Of a DNA stretch of 64,000 bases, positions 55,643 through 64,000 are shown one piece after another. The DNA lies in the NCBI GenBank assembly GCA_963666425.2, contig OY762825.2, positions 2,176,001-2,240,000 on the forward strand, written 5' to 3'. The notes under the pieces are model-generated. The model saw nothing but the letters and a program-made list of their open reading frames with translations. It did not search any database and had not been told where the DNA came from. Each line of letters begins with the position of its first letter. Within the stretch, counting starts at the first letter, position 1. Position numbers and translations under genes: made by a program. The DNA comes from Bacillota bacterium (lineage in GTDB: Bacteria; Bacillota; JAAYKD01).

Positions 55643-56293
55643 TTGAAGTTTCAGACCATCCTTTTTGATTTAGACGGTACCTTGACCGATCCGGCGATCG
55701 GCATTACGAATTCGATCATGCATGCTCTCAAGCATTTTCAGATTACAGTCAATGATCGCAGCGAATTATATCGCTTTATCGGACCGCCTCTGCTGCCGGC
55801 CTTCATGCGCTTTTACGGATTTACTCAAGAAGAAGCCGCTCTGGCCGTGACGCTCTATCGGGAGTATTTCAGTGAAAAAGGCTTATTTGAGAATACGGTT
55901 TATCAGGGCATCCCGGAATTATTGGCTGCTTTGCAAAGCGAAGGCAAAACGCTGTTGGTCGCTACCTCCAAACCAACTCCTTATACCGAACGGATTTTAA
56001 AGCACTTTCAGTTGGAGCGTTACTTTCATTTTATTGCCGGCAGCAATCTTGATAACAGCAGAACCGATAAAGCAGAGGTGATTCGCTACGCCTTGGCAAA
56101 CGCTCCGGCCGCAGATCCGAGCTGTACCCTGATGGTTGGTGACCGTGAGCAGGATATCCTGGGCGCTAAAAAGAATCAAATTGCAGCTGCGGGCGTTCTA
56201 TATGGTTATGGCAGTAAAGCAGAATTAGTAACAGCCGGTGCGGATTATCTGTTGGATTCGGTGCAGCATTTGCAGGATTTGCTGCTGAAGTAA
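55643..56293 (+). CDS. HAD-IA phosphatase (phosphoglycolate phosphatase/5'-nucleotidase-like)
   Basis: FDLDGTL, IGPPL, ATSKP, MVGDR..DI. Confidence 0.88.
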   Translation: MKFQTILFDLDGTLTDPAIGITNSIMHALKHFQITVNDRSELYRFIGPPLLPAFMRFYGFTQEEAALAVTLYREYFSEKGLFENTVYQGIPELLAALQSEGKTLLVATSKPTPYTERILKHFQLERYFHFIAGSNLDNSRTDKAEVIRYALANAPAADPSCTLMVGDREQDILGAKKNQIAAAGVLYGYGSKAELVTAGADYLLDSVQHLQDLLLK

Positions 56294-56317
56294 AAAAAAT
56301 GTTGCCAGCTGAAACAT

Positions 56318-56356
56318 GAAACCGCAGAACGATCACTTCGTTTTGCGGTTTCTTCT
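56318..56356 (+). terminator. Probable terminator
   Basis: GAAACCGCAGAACGA/TCGTTTTGCGGTTTC hairpin. Confidence 0.6.
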
Positions 56357-56424
56357 GCCTCAGCGATCAAAAAACCGCCGATCGCGGATCTATTTTCAAG
56401 CAATAAGAGAAAGCAGGGAATGAA

Positions 56425-57240
56425 ATGAGTCTAGTCGCAGAATTGCCGCCGCAGTGGCTGAAAAAAGCCAAAGTGTTTATCTTGGATATGGATGGAACCA
56501 TCTATCTGGGTGGACGGCTTTTCCCTTTCACACAGAACTTTTTGCAGGAAATCAGCAACAGCGGCCGACGCTATGTCTTCTTTACCAATAACTCTTCCCG
56601 CAGCGTGGCAGACTATCGGGAAAAATTGGCTGGTATGGGCATCAAAACCGCAGAGAATCAGCTCTATAATGCAACACAGGTTTTGTTGGAAGATTTACTG
56701 CAGAGACAGACAAGTCCTACGGTTTTTGTAGTCGGCACGCAAGTCTTGCAAAAAGAATTCATTCAGGCGGGATTTCAATGCAGCGAGGCTGCCGATCTTG
56801 TCGTGTTGGGTTTTGATACGGAACTAACCTACGATAAAGTAAAAACAGCCTGTGATTTGATTCGGCAGGGGGTTGCTGTCGTTGGGATCAATCCGGATTT
56901 GAATTGTCCGGTGGAGAACGGTTTTCTGCCCGACTGCGGTTCCATCGCCGCGCTGATCACGGCATCGACCGGCGTTAAAATAGAGTTTTATGGCAAACCA
57001 AGCCGCTATACCTTAGACTTTCTCAAACGAAAAACCGGTGTTCGCGAAGAAGAACTCGTCTTTGTCGGCGACCGCCTTTATACGGATATTGCGATCAGCC
57101 AAGGCAGCCAGGCACACAGCATTTTGGTTTATTCCGGTGAGACAAAAAAAAGCTCTGCCGAGAATCCGCACTGCAAACCGGATTTGGCTTGCGCAGATTT
57201 AGCAGAGCTGGCCATCTTGCTAAAAAAAGCAGACGGTTAA
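56425..57240 (+). CDS. HAD-IIA (NagD-like) hydrolase
   Basis: LDMDGTIY, FTNNS, NPD..CP, GKP, VGDRLYTDI. Confidence 0.9.
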   Translation: MSLVAELPPQWLKKAKVFILDMDGTIYLGGRLFPFTQNFLQEISNSGRRYVFFTNNSSRSVADYREKLAGMGIKTAENQLYNATQVLLEDLLQRQTSPTVFVVGTQVLQKEFIQAGFQCSEAADLVVLGFDTELTYDKVKTACDLIRQGVAVVGINPDLNCPVENGFLPDCGSIAALITASTGVKIEFYGKPSRYTLDFLKRKTGVREEELVFVGDRLYTDIAISQGSQAHSILVYSGETKKSSAENPHCKPDLACADLAELAILLKKADG

Positions 57241-57878
57241 ATGTTGATTCCTTTTAAGAAAAGCTCCGTGTTAAAATACTTGGCGGCATCATCAATCAAG
57301 AGTGCATCTGGCGTTAGAAATTTCAGCAGCAAGCGGGCGCTGCCTTTGCCACCGCCGGAGCCGGGTGCAGCCACGAGAGCACAGGAGAAATCGCTGCCGC
57401 GCAGTGCGATGCTATAGCGCTCCTCACTGTAAAATAAAAAAGGTGAACGGAGCTTAACGCAGGTCAGTGGTGTCAGCTGAACTTGTTCTATTTCACTGAC
57501 TGCGGTGCGGTTGGATTTGATCACGAGATCGAAGCAGCCGCTGAAGCCAAAATAGACAGCCAGTTGATCCGCAGCTTCCAGACCAAAAATACGGCTGGCA
57601 TGATCAGCCAACCATTGCGGCAAACGTGCGTTGCTGTCATTGCTGAGATCGAGCACTTCTCTCTGCTTCATTAACTGGCGCTCGAGTCGGCTAAGGACTT
57701 GAGAGACACCATTCTGTTCTTTCTCAATCAGAAAAGCGATATCCTCTGTCGTTAAGCTGGAAAAAAGCAGGCTGGGTATCTGGTAAAATTCTCCCAGATG
57801 GCGCATGCTCAAAGGCTGTGAAAAATGGATCGCCCGGTAGACGGAGGCGGGAATGAGGGCTGCATTTTGATTTTTCAA
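57237..57878 (-). CDS. Hypothetical protein
   Basis: 213-aa ORF, TTG start after GAAAGGAAG, directly downstream of the HD gene; no motif recognised. Confidence 0.6.
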   Translation of the reverse strand: MKNQNAALIPASVYRAIHFSQPLSMRHLGEFYQIPSLLFSSLTTEDIAFLIEKEQNGVSQVLSRLERQLMKQREVLDLSNDSNARLPQWLADHASRIFGLEAADQLAVYFGFSGCFDLVIKSNRTAVSEIEQVQLTPLTCVKLRSPFLFYSEERYSIALRGSDFSCALVAAPGSGGGKGSARLLLKFLTPDALLIDDAAKYFNTELFLKGINI

Positions 57879-57895
57879 GATGGTTGCTTCCTTTC

Positions 57896-58555
57896 TTACA
57901 TCATAACCATTTGATTGACAATCAGGCTGAAGCGCAGTTTTAGAAATTCTGCGGCGCGGCGGCAGAGCAGCATGCGGCTGATGAAAATCTCAAAATACTC
58001 CATCGGCGGGCAGATTTGGGGATCGATGGTGATATTCAGCGTAATCAGCTTTTTTTCTGCTTCGATCAGCAGATCGCAATGTTCCACGGCATAATTGACT
58101 CGGTCATGTATATCAAAAGCAGTGGAATTTCGGTTCCGTACACGACTGCGGCGCACATCACTCTTGTCGGCGATGATCAAAGCGGCGCTGATCGGATTGA
58201 CGGCGACCGCAGTCGCCTCATCATGCGTTCCGATGGCGGAGACAATCAAAGCAATTTCATCTGCCGGCAGCGCCAGGTTTTGCAGCAGCGTGAAGGCCAT
58301 AATACCGCCGCTGTGCGCATGATCCACCCGGTTGACCAAATTACCGATATCATGCATGTAACCCGCAATTTTGGCTAATTCCACCATCCTCGCGCTGTAA
58401 TCCAGGGCTGTGAGGATTTTAGCGGCGCGGTCGGCACTCAGCAAAGCATGCGGGAAGGAATGCTCGGTATAGCCGAGTTCCTTCATCATCTGATCGCTTT
58501 GTTCGATATAGGTATGCAAATTCGAGTTTTCTTTAACTTGTGCAAAAGTGACCAT
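57896..58555 (-). CDS. HD-domain phosphohydrolase
   Basis: GYTEH...H, MHDIGN, H, IIADKSD. Confidence 0.88.
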   Translation of the reverse strand: MVTFAQVKENSNLHTYIEQSDQMMKELGYTEHSFPHALLSADRAAKILTALDYSARMVELAKIAGYMHDIGNLVNRVDHAHSGGIMAFTLLQNLALPADEIALIVSAIGTHDEATAVAVNPISAALIIADKSDVRRSRVRNRNSTAFDIHDRVNYAVEHCDLLIEAEKKLITLNITIDPQICPPMEYFEIFISRMLLCRRAAEFLKLRFSLIVNQMVMM

Positions 58556-58819
58556 CGTGTTTCTTTTCTCCTTTGAATTCCTCTGCTTCTATTATACCTG
58601 TTTTTCTGTTTCTGACAAGTAGCAGCCGCAAAATCAGCGCAGGGTAATCAACCCGGCAGTGGGCCGGAAGCTGCGCTTGCCTGGACGGGCAGCAATAAAA
58701 AAACAATCCACCCGCCGTGGATGGAAAAGAATTTTCAGTGGCAGCCGGCTGAGACAAGCAGGAGACAGTCTTTTCTTTCTCGAATGATAAGCAGCATCAA
58801 CCGCAAGGAGGAAATTGAC

Positions 58820-59995
58820 ATGGAAAAAATCTATCAGGGCATCCAGGCTGCCGTTGAAGCGGACAAAGAGCGACTGTTTGAAATCAATGATGCAATTTAC
58901 GCCCATCCGGAATTGGGCAATCAGGAATTCTATGCTGCCGATCGTTTGACTGCAGCGCTGCAAGAAGCAGGTTTCAGCATTGAACGTCCTTACCGCGAGA
59001 TCGCCACCGGTTTTCGTGCGACCTATGATACCGGTAAACCGGGTCCCACCCTGGCGATTATGGGTGAATATGATGCTCTGCCGGATATCGGTCATGGCTG
59101 CGGTCACAATATGATCGGGACAATTGCGCTGGGTACGGCTTGTGCTTTGGCTAAAAATGCAGCGGCTCTGCGCGGTAGGATTGTGATGCTGGGCACTCCT
59201 GCGGAAGAAACCAACGGTGCTAAAGTCGTTTATGCGGCGACTAAGGTCTTTGATGATATCGATGCTGCGATGATCGTGCATCCCGGCAGTGAAAATGCGC
59301 TCGGTTCGACATCCCTGGCTTTGGAACCGCTGGAGTTCATCTTCCATGGCAAGACGTGTCATGCTTCCGGTAATCCGGAAGATGGCATCAACGCCCTGGA
59401 CGGAGCTATCCTGACTTTTAACAATATCAATGCGCTGCGCCAGCATGTGACTTCGGATATTCGCATCCATGGCGTGATTACGGAAGGCGGCAAGACGCCT
59501 AATGTTACGCCGGACTATGCGGTTGCCCGTTTCTATGTGCGCGGCAAAAAACGCGATTATCTGGATACCATCGTTGAAAAAGTCAAAAACTGTGCCCAAG
59601 CCGCCGCTTTGGCGACCGGCTGCAGTCTGGAAATCAAGACCTACGAATTTCCCAATGACAATATGCGCCCCAATGTGCGGATGACCGCTGTCTGGGAGAA
59701 GCATCTGCGCGCCTTGGGCATCACAGAATTCAAACCGCTCGATTTGACGGCAGCCGGGGGTTCCACCGACTGCGGCAATGTTTCACAGCAGTTGCCGGCC
59801 ATTCATCCCCATATCGGCATTACCGGCGGAGTGAAAGTCAGCGGTCACAGCCGCGAATTTGCCGCGGCGACGCAGACCGAAGCAGGACATGCCGCCATGT
59901 TGGTTGCCATCAAGGGTGCAGCCTGCACGATGGCGGATCTCTTGATGAATGATGCGCTTTTGCAGGAAGTCAAAGACGAATTCGACCGGCACTAA
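58820..59995 (+). CDS. M20 family amidohydrolase (M20D/AbgB-like)
   Basis: HPELG..E, EYDALP.IGHGCGHN, GTPAEE, G.NALD, GSTD.GNVS; ATG 58820 after AAGGAGG. Confidence 0.9.
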   Translation: MEKIYQGIQAAVEADKERLFEINDAIYAHPELGNQEFYAADRLTAALQEAGFSIERPYREIATGFRATYDTGKPGPTLAIMGEYDALPDIGHGCGHNMIGTIALGTACALAKNAAALRGRIVMLGTPAEETNGAKVVYAATKVFDDIDAAMIVHPGSENALGSTSLALEPLEFIFHGKTCHASGNPEDGINALDGAILTFNNINALRQHVTSDIRIHGVITEGGKTPNVTPDYAVARFYVRGKKRDYLDTIVEKVKNCAQAAALATGCSLEIKTYEFPNDNMRPNVRMTAVWEKHLRALGITEFKPLDLTAAGGSTDCGNVSQQLPAIHPHIGITGGVKVSGHSREFAAATQTEAGHAAMLVAIKGAACTMADLLMNDALLQEVKDEFDRH

Positions 59996-60012
59996 GACCG
60001 GATGATCAAGAC

Positions 60013-60052
60013 ACCGGAGAACCAAGACCATGTGGTTCTCCGGTCTTTTTTC
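60013..60052 (+). terminator. Intrinsic terminator after the M20 gene
   Basis: ACCGGAGAACCA...TGGTTCTCCGGT-CTTTTTT. Confidence 0.8.
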
Positions 60053-60112
60053 TAGGCAAATCTAACTGTAGAGCGGCCCTTACAGCAAAAAATGAGGAAA
60101 ATGAGGTGAAAT

Positions 60113-60754
60113 ATGATTCGCTATTCACATATTCTTTGGGATTTTAATGGTACTTTGCTCAATGATGTCCAGACAGGACTGCAAAGCGCCAATGTCTTAT
60201 TGCTGCGCCGAAATTTGAAACCGATTGAAAGCATCGCCAGCTATCGCCAGCTTTTTTGCTTTCCGATTATTGAATACTACCGAAAAATCGGCTTGGATTT
60301 GACGGCGGAATCTTTTGAAGCTTTAGCCGAAGAGTGGATGGAGCAGTATCGCTATTTTTACCGCAGCGCGGCTCTCTTTGCCAATGTCGTAGAAGTATTG
60401 ACCACGATTCAGTCTCTTGCTCTGCCGCAGATCATTTTGTCCGCGACGGAAAAAAACATGCTAACCGTTCAATTGAGCGAATTGGGCATCCGCAACTATT
60501 TCGCTGAGATTCTGGGCTTGGATAATATCCATGCCTATAGCAAAGTGAATCTCGCAATAAGTTGGCAGGAACGTGTAAAGCCAAGCAAAATGTTGCTGAT
60601 CGGAGATACGGCTCACGATTTTGAAACTGCTGAAGCAATCGGAGCGGATTGTATTTTAGTCGCCAATGGACATCAAGCCAAAGAAAATTTACAGAAATTG
60701 AACTGTCAGGTACTGAACGATCTGACGGAACTGCTCTCGCAACTGACCAAATAA
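60113..60754 (+). CDS. HAD-family hydrolase (DFNGT variant)
   Basis: WDFNGTL, ILSA, LIGDT.HD. Confidence 0.85.
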   Translation: MIRYSHILWDFNGTLLNDVQTGLQSANVLLLRRNLKPIESIASYRQLFCFPIIEYYRKIGLDLTAESFEALAEEWMEQYRYFYRSAALFANVVEVLTTIQSLALPQIILSATEKNMLTVQLSELGIRNYFAEILGLDNIHAYSKVNLAISWQERVKPSKMLLIGDTAHDFETAEAIGADCILVANGHQAKENLQKLNCQVLNDLTELLSQLTK

Positions 60755-60890
60755 AATCACAGCTGAGGCGTTCACTGCTTCAATTTTCTGCCTGCAGTGC
60801 AGCTAAAAACAGATTGATGGATGAAATTGCATCCCGAGCAAAGCAGTACAGGAAGCGATGAAAAAATTTGAAATAGAGCAAGAAAACCAC

Positions 60891-60948
60891 TTGACAGTTG
60901 AGCCAGTATTCAATTATAATGCAGGCAAAGGTTGAATCATGATTCAAC
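60891..60948 (+). promoter_or_regulatory. Promoter with two SmtB/ArsR-type operators
   Basis: TTGACA-18-TATAAT; TTGAGCCAGTATTCAA between -35 and -10; perfect palindrome GTTGAATCATGATTCAAC at 60931-60948. Confidence 0.8.
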
Positions 60949-60974
60949 TGAGAAAACGGGAGGGAGGAAATCAA

Positions 60975-61358
60975 TTGGTGAAAGCGGATGTATTTTGTGA
61001 TTGCGATGTGATCCACGCAGAAGCAGTCAACGCGGTCAGGCTAAAAATGCCGGATGAGAATAAATTAACCGATCTAGCTGATTTTTTCAAGGTGCTGGGT
61101 GACAGCACGCGAGCGAGAATCATCTGGGCACTGGATGAAAGCGAATTGTGTGTCTGTGACCTGGCGGTATTGCTGAACATGACAAAATCTGCAATTTCCC
61201 ACCAACTCAGTGCTTTAAAACAGGCAAATCTTGTCAAGTCCAGAAGAGACGGCAAAGTCATCTTCTATTCTCTTACCGATGATCATGTCAAAGAGATCTT
61301 CGAAAAGGGATGGCAGCATGTCACGGCATGCAATCAAATGGAAGCGGAGGCAATATAA
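60975..61358 (+). CDS. ArsR/SmtB (CadC/ZiaR-like) metal-sensing repressor
   Basis: CDCDVIH, FFKVLGD.TR, ELCVCDLA, SAISHQL, DDHV; start TTG 60975 or GTG 60978. Confidence 0.92.
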   Translation: MVKADVFCDCDVIHAEAVNAVRLKMPDENKLTDLADFFKVLGDSTRARIIWALDESELCVCDLAVLLNMTKSAISHQLSALKQANLVKSRRDGKVIFYSLTDDHVKEIFEKGWQHVTACNQMEAEAI

Positions 61359-61359
61359 A

Positions 61360-61581
61360 ATGAAAAAGACTTATAAGCTTGAAGGCTTGGATTGCGCCAA
61401 TTGTGCGGCAAAAATAGAAAGAGCCGTCAATGGCCTGGACGGAGTCACGTCCGCCACACTGAATTTTCTGACGACGAAATTGGTGATTGAGGCTGACGAA
61501 GCAAAAATCAGCGAAATCGTAACCGCTACAGAAAAAATCGTAAAAAAATTAGAGCCTGATGTCATCTTGAAAAAGGCTTAA
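61360..61581 (+). CDS. Stand-alone heavy-metal-associated (HMA) domain protein
   Basis: LEGLDCANCAAKIE; ATG 61360 after GGAGG. Confidence 0.9.
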   Translation: MKKTYKLEGLDCANCAAKIERAVNGLDGVTSATLNFLTTKLVIEADEAKISEIVTATEKIVKKLEPDVILKKA

Positions 61582-61593
61582 TCGAGGTTAGCA

Positions 61594-63438
61594 ATGAAGA
61601 AACGTTTTTGGCGGATCCTGGTTGGGGCATTGATCTTTGTGGCAGCCTTATTGATCCAAACCTCAAATCCCTGGCTGCAGCCGCTGATCTTTCTGATCAG
61701 CTATTTGGTCTTAGCCGGCGATGTGCTTATCTTGGCATTGCGGAATATTCTGCATGGTCAGATTTTTGATGAGAATTTTTTGATGGGGATCGCTTCACTG
61801 GGAGCATTTTGCATTCGGCAATACTCCGAAGGCGTTGCTGTCATGCTTTTTTATCAAGTCGGTGAGTTGTTTCAAAGCTATGCCGTCAGTAAATCCAGGA
61901 AATCGATTGCCGATCTGATGGATATTCGGCCGGATTATGCCAATGTTCAGCAGGGACTTGAGTTGATCAGAATGGATCCGGACGATGTAAAGATTGGCGA
62001 CCTGATTGTGATTAAAGCCGGGGAGAAAGTACCGCTTGACGGCACCGTGCGGGAAGGCAGTTCGATGATCGATACTTCGGCTCTGACAGGTGAATCACTG
62101 CCGCGTGAAGTGGCAGTCGGTGGTGAAATCCTCAGCGGCTGTATCAATCTCAATGGTGTCCTGACTGTGGAAGTGACAAAGGAATTCGGTGAATCAACCG
62201 TCAGTAAAATCCTGGATTTAGTGGAGAATGCCAGCAGTAAAAAATCGAAATCGGAGCAATTCATCACCAAATTCGCCCGTTATTATACACCCATCGTGGT
62301 GACACTGGCTGTGCTGTTAGCCATTCTGCCGCCTCTGCTGATCCGGGGAGAGAACTTTGGCAGCTGGATCTATCGGGCATTATCCTTTCTCGTCGTATCC
62401 TGTCCCTGTGCCCTCGTGATTTCGATCCCGCTCAGCTTTTTCGGCGGCATTGGCGGAGCTTCCCGCCGGGGGATTTTAGTCAAAGGCAGCAATTACCTGG
62501 AAGCTTTGGCGCAGACGGAGATCGTGGTTTTTGATAAGACCGGTACCCTGACCAAAGGTGTCTTCAATGTGCAGGAGATCCGGCCGCAGGGGCTGACCAG
62601 AGAAATATTGCTGGAATTGGCCGCTTATGCGGAAAGCTACTCCAATCATCCGATTTCTTCCTCTCTCAAGCGTGCCTACGGTAAAGCCATTCAAAACGAG
62701 CGCATTAGCGGAGTGGAGGAAATTCCGGGGCAGGGAGTCCTGGCAACGGTTGATGGGAAAAAAATCATCGCCGGTAATGTCAAACTGATGAAAGCCAAAC
62801 AGATCTCCTATTTCACGGGAGAATTGATCGGGACAGTGGTTCATGTTGCCGTCGACGGCAGTTATGCCGGCTATCTGCTGATTTCCGATGAAGTTAAAGA
62901 AGATGCGGCGCAGGCAATTCAAGCCTTGAAGAAAAATGGGATTCAAAAAATCATCATGCTGACCGGCGATAATCAAAATGTCGGAGCAAAAATCGCTGCG
63001 GAGCTTGGCATCAATCAAGTCTATGCTGAACTGCTGCCTGCGGATAAAGTCGACAAGCTGGAAGAACTCTTGCGGGAGAAATCCGGTAAAGGCAAATTGG
63101 CTTTTGTCGGTGACGGCATCAATGACGCTCCGGTATTGGCGCGGGCGGATATCGGTATTGCCATGGGGGGGTTGGGTTCGGATGCCGCCATTGAGGCAGC
63201 GGATGTGGTGATCATGACCGACGAGCCTTCGAAAATTGCCACTGCCATCAAGATCTCTAAAAAAACCTTGAGGATTGTTTACCAAAACATCATCCTGGCA
63301 ATTTCTATTAAAGTCATCGTCTTAATTCTCAGCGCTTTGGGAATTGTCTCGATGTGGGCCGCGATCTTTGCCGATGTTGGCGTCATGATCTTAGCAGTCC
63401 TCAACTCCTTCCGTGCCTTGAATATGCGCAATCTCTAA
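61594..63438 (+). CDS. cadA: Zn/Cd-type heavy-metal P1B ATPase
   Basis: LTGES, SCPCAL, DKTGTLT, SNHP, GDGINDAP, FADVG. Confidence 0.9.
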   Translation: MKKRFWRILVGALIFVAALLIQTSNPWLQPLIFLISYLVLAGDVLILALRNILHGQIFDENFLMGIASLGAFCIRQYSEGVAVMLFYQVGELFQSYAVSKSRKSIADLMDIRPDYANVQQGLELIRMDPDDVKIGDLIVIKAGEKVPLDGTVREGSSMIDTSALTGESLPREVAVGGEILSGCINLNGVLTVEVTKEFGESTVSKILDLVENASSKKSKSEQFITKFARYYTPIVVTLAVLLAILPPLLIRGENFGSWIYRALSFLVVSCPCALVISIPLSFFGGIGGASRRGILVKGSNYLEALAQTEIVVFDKTGTLTKGVFNVQEIRPQGLTREILLELAAYAESYSNHPISSSLKRAYGKAIQNERISGVEEIPGQGVLATVDGKKIIAGNVKLMKAKQISYFTGELIGTVVHVAVDGSYAGYLLISDEVKEDAAQAIQALKKNGIQKIIMLTGDNQNVGAKIAAELGINQVYAELLPADKVDKLEELLREKSGKGKLAFVGDGINDAPVLARADIGIAMGGLGSDAAIEAADVVIMTDEPSKIATAIKISKKTLRIVYQNIILAISIKVIVLILSALGIVSMWAAIFADVGVMILAVLNSFRALNMRNL

Positions 63439-63496
63439 AAAAAACACCATGCTATTCTGACTTGATAAGGAAAAATGATTTTATTTCGCCGTGACG

Positions 63497-63544
63497 AACA
63501 GAAGAATCGCCGACTAGGCTAGCCTAGTCGGCGATTCTTCTGTT
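63497..63544. repeat. Perfect 48-bp palindrome with no spacer
   Basis: AACAGAAGAATCGCCGACTAGGCT|AGCCTAGTCGGCGATTCTTCTGTT. Confidence 0.97.
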
Positions 63545-63942
63545 TGCAGTTGTTCTTTTAAGTTTCTGACCTTTTGCTCGATGACCGCGATGGTTTTGAG
63601 CATCTCGTCGTCCGGTTTGCCGCTGGGATCGGCCAATCCCCAGTCTTCGCGCCGTTTGCAGGGCAGATAAGGACAGGTGACGTTGCATCCCATTGTGATG
63701 AGTAGATCTATCGCAGGCAGTTCTGCCAGCAATTTGGGGTGCTGCGTGAGTTCCATGTCGATGTGATAGATTTCCTTGATCAATCGGACCGCATCGGGAT
63801 TGATTTGCGCAGCGGTTTCTGTCCCGGCAGAATAGCTTTCGAAGACATCTCCTGCCAAATGCTTAGCCAAAGCTTCCGCTATTTGAGAACGGCAGGAATT
63901 ATGTACACAGACAAAAGCTACTTTTGGTTTGATTTGTTTCAT
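63514..63942 (-). CDS. arsC: Arsenate reductase, LMW-PTP (thioredoxin-type) family
   Basis: CVHNSCRSQ P-loop, SAGT, TMGC...CP, DW.L.DP; RBS GGAGG. Confidence 0.85.
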   Translation of the reverse strand: MKQIKPKVAFVCVHNSCRSQIAEALAKHLAGDVFESYSAGTETAAQINPDAVRLIKEIYHIDMELTQHPKLLAELPAIDLLITMGCNVTCPYLPCKRREDWGLADPSGKPDDEMLKTIAVIEQKVRNLKEQLQTEESPTRLA

Positions 63943-63964
63943 GCTTAACCTCCTGGCACATTCC

Positions 63965-64000
63965 TCATTTGAGTTCAGACACGTGGGGTTTCGGAAACCA
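63965..64000 (-). CDS. 3' end of an upstream gene (possibly an Acr3-type arsenite exporter)
   Basis: Minus frame ...WFPKPHVSELK*; only 12 codons are visible, so the identity is guessed from position before arsC. Confidence 0.25.
   Translation of the reverse strand, partial: WFPKPHVSELK

Noticed and set aside
46301-64000. Mobile element, prophage, CRISPR array or defence system in the accessory region
   Set aside because: No integrase, transposase, att-like repeats, repeat-spacer array or nuclease motifs seen

Overview
A chromosomal window from a Bacillota (Clostridia-like) bacterium. Most of it (6.4-46.3 kb) is the core translation/transcription supercluster: T-box-controlled thrS, tuf-rpmG-secE-nusG-rplKAJL-rpoBC, an L7Ae-family gene, the str, S10, spc and alpha operons, ecfAA'T-truA and rplM-rpsI. 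The left flank holds a truncated P-type IIA ATPase, a membrane GGDEF*-EAL protein and a stand-alone arginine deiminase. The right flank (46.5-64 kb) is accessory. It contains an exact-period (1656 bp) tandem duplication of a pair of C26/glutamine-amidotransferase-like genes, one lacking the catalytic Cys and the other keeping it. Next come a large wHTH regulator and a four-gene membrane-protein operon of unknown function (DUF6754-like), the best candidate for an undescribed transport/catabolic system. These are followed by HAD, HD and M20 hydrolases, an SmtB/CadC-HMA-P1B ATPase cassette and arsC, which ends in a perfect 48-bp palindrome. I found no rRNA, tRNA, CRISPR array or transposase. Family assignments come from recognising motifs by eye, not from database searches.
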